Source: Bacillota bacterium
Lineage (GTDB): Bacteria; Bacillota_I; Bacilli_A; ML615J-28; CAG-698
NCBI GenBank assembly: GCA_023410025.1
Contig: JAEYQM010000023.1
Span: 5-64,004, forward strand
Reading direction: 5' to 3'
Length of the DNA stretch: 64,000 nt
This document shows, one piece after another, positions 58,301 to 64,000 of this stretch (positions are counted from its first letter, which is position 1; every line of letters begins with the position of its first letter). The notes under the pieces are model-generated. The model was given only the letters and a program-made list of their open reading frames with translations, made no database searches and was not told the origin of the DNA. Position numbers and translations under genes: made by a program.

Positions 58301-61300
58301 TATAATGCTGGTTTGTAATAATTAATCTTAATTACTTTACCTGCTGATAATACACCAGTATAACCACTACCTTCTTGCATTAACCACGTTCCACCATTTT
58401 GATTTGTATTATATGTATGTGGACAATATAGGAATTCACCTGGTTGTAATGTTTGAAGAGTTCCGTTAGTTGTTGTATTTGTACCAGTATCAGCCCATTT
58501 CTTTTGAACTGTATAAGTACCATCAGCATTTGGTGAGAATACTAATTTACCATAACCATATGTACTAGAGTTATTTCTACCATATGTTAAGCTTGGGTCA
58601 AATGTTAATGCAACATCACTGTCATTAAAGTATAATACACCATCACCTTTATAAGCTGTAGAGACACCTTTAATTAATGATTGGTTATATAAAGCTGTTG
58701 TATCAGATGAAGAACCATATGGACGTAAATGATTAATAGTAAGTGTATTTCCACTTGCTGGTTTATTTAATTTAATAAATGAACCTTCACCAATAAAGTA
58801 TACTTTATTATCAACAACAATACTTATTCCACCAAATCCAATATTTGCAAGTTGTTCGTCAAATGAACCTTTACCATCTTGAGTTTGACCTCCAGATTTT
58901 GGTGCTATTGATCCAGTATTAAATACTGTAATTTGCCCTTGATCTAATAAACCAAAGTTAATTTGGAATTCATATTTTGTATCACCTATAGAAGCAACAA
59001 TTGTTGTTGGTTTATATTCGAATTTAGATTTTGTAAATACACCTGTTTGTAAATTAAACATTGAAGTATCTTCACTATCTTTATAAGAATAAATAATTCC
59101 ATTAGTTGTTGGGAATGTAAAGTCATTATTAATTTTCTTTGGAATTTTACGAACTACATCAAATATTAAAGCAATATTAGGATCTTTAACACCCATCATT
59201 TCAACTTCTTTATCTTCAAGAAGAGATAATAGTTTTACTAATGCTTTTTCTTCATTTAATAATGCTTCATATTTGTTTCTTGCTTCAATAACTTTTGTTT
59301 CATCACTTAAAGTTAATGTTCTAGGAAGTGAGTTAATAAATGTATCAACTTCCATTGCATGTTCTTGAATAGCAGAGGGAGTTAAGTTGATTATATCATT
59401 TCTAGAGTTTTTAGGAGATACAGTTCCTAAAATAAAGTCTTTACTATTATTATTAGTATCAATTAGACCCCATCTAACTAATGCACCATTTCTAGCTCCA
59501 TCATATGAATTAGTTTCAGAAATAGTGACATTGTTATAAGCAAATAAATCAACTATATTAACATCATTTACAGAGGTTACTGCTGTGTTATTATTTGCAA
59601 GAACAATCTTACCACTATCAGTTAATAAAATACTAGATACATAATCGGCAAGTGGTAAATATGCACTGCCACTATTATTTCCTTCTTTAACTTGGATTAA
59701 GTAGTAACCTTTAGCTTTAATTACATCTCCAGAATTAAATGAAATCCACTGTGTGTTAAGTTTAGAAACATCAGTTGTAAAGGCATTATTACCTTCAGCA
59801 AATTGTAATGTCCATCCTTCTAGACTAATGTCTTTATTTGTTGGGTTATATAATTCGATATATCCATATCGAGTAACACTGTTATTACTCAATAATATTT
59901 GACTGATCATAACTGGTGTAGCAATTGAATCTAATTGATGTAATTCAAGTTCTTTTGCTTTTAATAAATTAAATGTAGTTGTTAATGATTTTTGAACATC
60001 ATTTAAATCTTCATAAATTGATCTAGCAGATTGAACTTTACTTATATCATTCTTAGTAATAACTTCTGGTAATTTAGCAACTGCTAAGTCAAAGTTTTTA
60101 GCTTTTTGTAAATCTTCAGCATTTCCATTTAAGTTAACAGATGTCGTTCCATCAGCCCCTGGAATAACTGAGTATAATACTGTTGATTCGTTATAGTTTT
60201 CACCCTTAATGTTTACAATGTACCCAACTCTTGTAGCAGTAGCTGGAGTTTTAATAATTTTCCCTCTATTGTCTACGATTTCTTGATTTAATGAAGTAAA
60301 TGAAATTTGATAATCTTTAAGAACAGTTCTAACGATATATTCAGCTCTAATTAAATCAATTGCATAATCATATAGATTAGCATTTCTTAAAGTACGTGGA
60401 CAATCTTTATTCCAAAATCCACCTGTTGCTAGAGGTATATCAAAATCATGATGTTGTTTAATAGCATTTAGACCAATATTATATTTTTCCATTAACATAG
60501 CCATTAACTTTGCGGTTCTTTGCCATGTTGTGTATAAATCCGAACCAAAATCAACACATGTTTCAATACCTATTCCATATGCATAAGCATCGAAATGATC
60601 TCCCTGCCATGAAACTTCGTTGTCAGGTATGTGCTGAATTACTTTATTTTCATCAACTGTATAATGCCATGAACGAGCACGATTTGTTGCATTGTCATTA
60701 CCAATAAGATATGCTGCATGCATTTCAGCGTTTGCTCCTGGTGTATGATTACCAGTATCATGATAAATAATATATTTTGTTTCAGGATGTAAGATACCAG
60801 ATCTTACCGCCATTTGATTTTCAGCATCTTGAATTGTATCTTTATTTGCTACAGTTCCAGTATATTTATTTTGAGTTACGTTAATAATTCTTACATCTAA
60901 ATTTAGTGAAGAGTTAAAATAATAGTTAACACTTCCATTTACCCATTGTTGACGTTCATCTGGATTGTATCCATAAGAAGTAACATATTGTCTTAATGGG
61001 TTTTCAATATTCATATTTGTTAATATTTTAATTGGATTAACATTTACATTGTATGTATATGTTTGTTGTTTTGAACTATCTTGTTTTGATGTCAGTGTAA
61101 TCGTGAACTCTCCCTTGTTGAGGATATTTACATGACCAAATTCATCAACTGTAGCAACATTTGGATTACTACTAGACCAAGTAACTTCTTGATTAGCATT
61201 AGCTGGTAATACTTTTCCAATTAATTGAAATTGATCAAATATATTTACTTCAATTGGTTGATTTTCAATTAATACATCTTGAATTTCAACAATTGCAACT

Positions 61301-61851
61301 GTAAACTTAATTGATACAGCAACACTATTTGTTTTTGATCTAGTTATAACAACTGCTTCACCTTTACCAACAGCAGTTACAACGCCTTTCTTATCAACTT
61401 TTACAACACTTTCATCAGTTGATTCAAAAGTTACACCTAAATTAGCTAAGTCAGCTTTGTCTTCATAAACTAAGGTTATATTATCGTTAATAAATAAATT
61501 TGTTTTTGAAGCAATTACACTTAAATTCTTTTGTACTGTTACGTTAATTGATTTAGATATTTCTAAATTATCTTTTAAACTAATAGTAATAGTAGCAAAA
61601 CCATCCTTTAATGCAGTTATTACATTTCCCTCAACAGTAACAACGCTTTCATTGTTTGATGTGATTATTACCTCTTTTACCACATCAATATTATTATTTT
61701 GAATTTTGTAATCCAATGTATGTGTTTGTGTCATATAAAGATTTAGATTTTCTTTATCTAACAAAATAGTGTAATTATCTTTAGTAGTAACTACGCATCC
61801 TGCAAGCGCTAACAAAGATAAAGACAAAATAAAATAAACGAATTTTCTCAT
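58300..61851 (-). CDS. giant surface lipoprotein (1183 aa): Big_2 Ig-like repeats, N-acetylmuramoyl-L-alanine amidase (Amidase_2/PGRP-like) domain, lamin-tail domain (LTD), C-terminal beta-rich domain
   Basis: Lipobox LALAGC; three Big_2-like repeats; amidase block (WHYTV, GIGIET, the amidase zinc-site Cys at NKDCPRT; about nt 60350-60850); LTD block RYGYIELYNPTNKDISLEGWTLQF (about nt 59480-59920). Confidence 0.75.
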   Translation of the reverse strand: MRKFVYFILSLSLLALAGCVVTTKDNYTILLDKENLNLYMTQTHTLDYKIQNNNIDVVKEVIITSNNESVVTVEGNVITALKDGFATITISLKDNLEISKSINVTVQKNLSVIASKTNLFINDNITLVYEDKADLANLGVTFESTDESVVKVDKKGVVTAVGKGEAVVITRSKTNSVAVSIKFTVAIVEIQDVLIENQPIEVNIFDQFQLIGKVLPANANQEVTWSSSNPNVATVDEFGHVNILNKGEFTITLTSKQDSSKQQTYTYNVNVNPIKILTNMNIENPLRQYVTSYGYNPDERQQWVNGSVNYYFNSSLNLDVRIINVTQNKYTGTVANKDTIQDAENQMAVRSGILHPETKYIIYHDTGNHTPGANAEMHAAYLIGNDNATNRARSWHYTVDENKVIQHIPDNEVSWQGDHFDAYAYGIGIETCVDFGSDLYTTWQRTAKLMAMLMEKYNIGLNAIKQHHDFDIPLATGGFWNKDCPRTLRNANLYDYAIDLIRAEYIVRTVLKDYQISFTSLNQEIVDNRGKIIKTPATATRVGYIVNIKGENYNESTVLYSVIPGADGTTSVNLNGNAEDLQKAKNFDLAVAKLPEVITKNDISKVQSARSIYEDLNDVQKSLTTTFNLLKAKELELHQLDSIATPVMISQILLSNNSVTRYGYIELYNPTNKDISLEGWTLQFAEGNNAFTTDVSKLNTQWISFNSGDVIKAKGYYLIQVKEGNNSGSAYLPLADYVSSILLTDSGKIVLANNNTAVTSVNDVNIVDLFAYNNVTISETNSYDGARNGALVRWGLIDTNNNSKDFILGTVSPKNSRNDIINLTPSAIQEHAMEVDTFINSLPRTLTLSDETKVIEARNKYEALLNEEKALVKLLSLLEDKEVEMMGVKDPNIALIFDVVRKIPKKINNDFTFPTTNGIIYSYKDSEDTSMFNLQTGVFTKSKFEYKPTTIVASIGDTKYEFQINFGLLDQGQITVFNTGSIAPKSGGQTQDGKGSFDEQLANIGFGGISIVVDNKVYFIGEGSFIKLNKPASGNTLTINHLRPYGSSSDTTALYNQSLIKGVSTAYKGDGVLYFNDSDVALTFDPSLTYGRNNSSTYGYGKLVFSPNADGTYTVQKKWADTGTNTTTNGTLQTLQPGEFLYCPHTYNTNQNGGTWLMQEGSGYTGVLSAGKVIKINYYKPAL

Positions 61852-61995
61852 AGGTAAATATCTCCTCCAATGATATATTGTAACATATTTCCTAAATTTA
61901 GTAAATATATATTATAAATATGTTGTTTTCTCAATTATATATAAAAAAAAGGTATAAAATACCTTTAAAAATTAATTTTTAAAATAAAAATATCA

Positions 61996-63618
61996 CTACT
62001 TAATATTTATATAATATAGATATCTTTGATTATATTTTTTTGAATAAAACATAATATATGCATCACCTTTTGTCTTAGCAGTACATAAACCCAATTCACT
62101 AAATGATATTAAGTCAGGAGTAAGGCTTATAAATTCAAAACTCTCAGTTATGTCTACTTTATCACTATAAATATTAAATTGAAAACTTGATCCTATTGAT
62201 AATGATATTGGAGTTACAGCTTCAAGAACACTAGACTCTGATTTTTCAACATTTAATTCAATTTCAATAAATTTTGATTCATCATCTCTAGATACTGCTT
62301 TTATTTTAAAAACACCGATATCATGAATTGTAACTATTCCAAATGAATTGATTGTTGCAATATCTTTATTGCTGCTACTCCAAATAACCTCTTGATTACC
62401 ATCAAGTGGATAAATCTTGGCTTTAAGTTGTATTTGTTGTTTAGAATTAACATTATAGTAAATATTTATAGGAATATTATATATTGCCACATCATTTGTA
62501 ACTTCACGAGAAAAAAACATAGAAGAAAAGCATCTGTCTTTTTTCTCTTTAAAAGTTCCACCTATTAAAAAATATCCTTCTTTTAATACTTTTACATTTC
62601 CATTTTTATCTACAGTTGCAATATCTGGATGACTACTAAAAAAAATAATCTCATATTTTGCTTCTGTTGGAAATACAGTGACATTGTATTTAAACTCATC
62701 TCCAACATATACAGTTTCCGATCCGTAATCAATGTTGATACTTTCAATTTCTGGTAGATATACCCTCAAAAGAAAAGATCTATATTGAGTATCATCATCA
62801 ACAGAAGTGGCAGTAATTCTTGTTTCTCCAACGGATAAAGTTATTAATTTTCCAGATTCATCAATTGATGCAACATTAGGATTACTACTAGTCCAAATTA
62901 TTTTTTGATTAGCATTACTAGGTAATATAGTTGCATCAAACTTAATTTCTTGACCAAGTTTCATTGAATATTGTTCATTTTTAATTAAGATTTTTGTTAT
63001 TTCAATAGTCTTTACGGTTATTGTGAAAGAAGCTGTTGTACCATGTTCTTTAGATGTTACGATTATATCAGCAACACCCTTTTTAAGGCCAACTGCATGT
63101 TTATATTGATTAATATGTAGTACTTCTGGATTGCTGGATTGATAAATAATATCACTATTATATAGATAGTTTTCTAAGAAAATTTCAATTTCTTCACCAA
63201 CAAGCAATTCACTTTTTTCGCAGTATACATTAAGTGGATTTACAACTTTTACTTGAAAAGTTGTAAATACTTCAGGTTTTTTTGATAAATAAATTTCAAT
63301 GTAAGCATTACCTACATTAACAGGTACTAATTCGCCATCAATCACATCAACAATACCTGTATCCGATGATTTAATGACAACATTAAAATCACTATTATCT
63401 TGAACTTTATTATTTATTAAAATTGAATAGTTTATCATTTCCTTTGTATTTATAGGAACAACAACATTATCTTTAGATGCTTTTATCTCAATTTTAATAT
63501 TTCTTGGTAAATCTTCTTCACGCCATTTATTCAAATCTTCCGTGTTATATGACAAAAGATTACAGCCTGTAAGCAAAAGGGAAAAAACAATAAATATAAG
63601 TAAGTATATTTTTCTCAT
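61996..63618 (-). CDS. surface lipoprotein with multiple Big_2 (bacterial Ig-like) domains
   Basis: Lipobox LLTGCN; repeated blocks ILPSNANQKIIWTSSNPNVASIDESG / IYPLDGNQEVIWSSSNKDIATINSFG matching the Big_2 repeats of the neighbouring 1183-aa protein. Confidence 0.6.
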   Translation of the reverse strand: MRKIYLLIFIVFSLLLTGCNLLSYNTEDLNKWREEDLPRNIKIEIKASKDNVVVPINTKEMINYSILINNKVQDNSDFNVVIKSSDTGIVDVIDGELVPVNVGNAYIEIYLSKKPEVFTTFQVKVVNPLNVYCEKSELLVGEEIEIFLENYLYNSDIIYQSSNPEVLHINQYKHAVGLKKGVADIIVTSKEHGTTASFTITVKTIEITKILIKNEQYSMKLGQEIKFDATILPSNANQKIIWTSSNPNVASIDESGKLITLSVGETRITATSVDDDTQYRSFLLRVYLPEIESINIDYGSETVYVGDEFKYNVTVFPTEAKYEIIFFSSHPDIATVDKNGNVKVLKEGYFLIGGTFKEKKDRCFSSMFFSREVTNDVAIYNIPINIYYNVNSKQQIQLKAKIYPLDGNQEVIWSSSNKDIATINSFGIVTIHDIGVFKIKAVSRDDESKFIEIELNVEKSESSVLEAVTPISLSIGSSFQFNIYSDKVDITESFEFISLTPDLISFSELGLCTAKTKGDAYIMFYSKKYNQRYLYYINIK

Positions 63619-63747
63619 TATTGACCTCCAATTTTATATTGTATCATAAAATGAAATTTTCGTAAATATCAATATTAAACTTGTAATATATTTTTATATT
63701 TGATATAATGTAGATAATAAATAATTAATCTATAAAAAGGAGTGTGT

Positions 63748-64000
63748 ATGAAGAGATTATTTATTTTAGTATTTATTTTTATTTTTATTTTAGTGGGATG
63801 TTCAGATGCAAATGCCGATTTGGATACTAGATTAATAAACTTAGAGAAAGCGATGGAGATTAATGACGTGTTAGTACAAGATTATGAACAAAGAATAAAA
63901 GAACTTGAAGAAGAACTTTTATATTCAACAGGTGAACTAAATAAAGTAATTAGAGATAAGAAAGAAATACAAAAAGAACTTGAGGAATTACAAAAATTTC
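63748..64000 (+). CDS. lipoprotein with coiled-coil region (3'-truncated by window end)
   Basis: RBS AAAAAGGAG; signal with lipobox LVGCSD; heptad-like region EQRIKELEEELL...KEIQKELEELQKF; ORF runs off the window. Confidence 0.4.
   Translation, partial: MKRLFILVFIFIFILVGCSDANADLDTRLINLEKAMEINDVLVQDYEQRIKELEEELLYSTGELNKVIRDKKEIQKELEELQKF

Noticed and set aside
1-64000. CRISPR arrays, IS elements or transposases, integrases, prophage or defence-system genes
   Set aside because: There are no direct-repeat/spacer periodicity, no inverted terminal repeats flanking a transposase-like ORF, and no recombinase, helicase or nuclease defence architectures. The window reads as core chromosome plus a surface-protein island.

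Overview
This 64 kb window looks like chromosomal DNA from a very AT-rich, low-GC Firmicute (roughly 28-30% GC by eye). It uses the standard genetic code: TGA acts as a stop, for example at the sufC stop, which overlaps the sufD start. The gene order tilS-hpt-ftsH, the presence of LtaS, MurF, Ddl and MurA, and the sporulation markers YabP and YabQ point to a walled, probably spore-forming Bacilli- or Erysipelotrichia-like organism. About 60 protein genes are packed mostly on the + strand, with many ATGA-type overlaps. Recognisable units are:
- apbE-sufCDSUB
- ltaS-hydrolase-murF-ddl
- tilS-hpt-ftsH-yabO
- a GH4 glycosidase, a BadF-type kinase and maf
- convergent hslO and an M42 peptidase
- lysS and mntP
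- yabP-yabQ followed by tRNA-Tyr and tRNA-Gln
- two tandem MacB/FtsX-type ABC fusion proteins
- glyA and a GDPD phosphodiesterase
- murA, aspA and an M55 peptidase
- rluA and rpmE
- a CDF transporter
- a yclNOPQ-like siderophore ABC importer
- tdk-tadA
- a small SRP RNA (ffs)
- a cell-envelope island at 50.8-64 kb carrying a metallophosphoesterase lipoprotein, an asymmetric heterodimeric ABC exporter, an orphan 3-methylaspartate ammonia-lyase, a 1183-aa amidase/LTD/Big_2 lipoprotein and further Big_2 and coiled-coil lipoproteins.
I found no CRISPR array, IS element, transposase or obvious prophage or defence module. The features most worth a second look are:
- a MurF fused to an N-terminal polytopic membrane domain
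- a catalytically dead ABC-ATPase-like protein paired with a small permease, just after the suf operon
- three YcxB-like paralogues
- a perfect 22-bp palindromic operator abutting a consensus promoter of the siderophore importer
- an orphan methylaspartate ammonia-lyase with no glutamate mutase nearby
- tandem MacB-like transporters with very large extracytoplasmic domains
- the giant amidase-LTD surface lipoprotein cluster
All protein-family calls rest on motif recognition from the translated ORFs, since no searches could be run. Coordinates of RNA and regulatory elements are accurate to within a few nucleotides.
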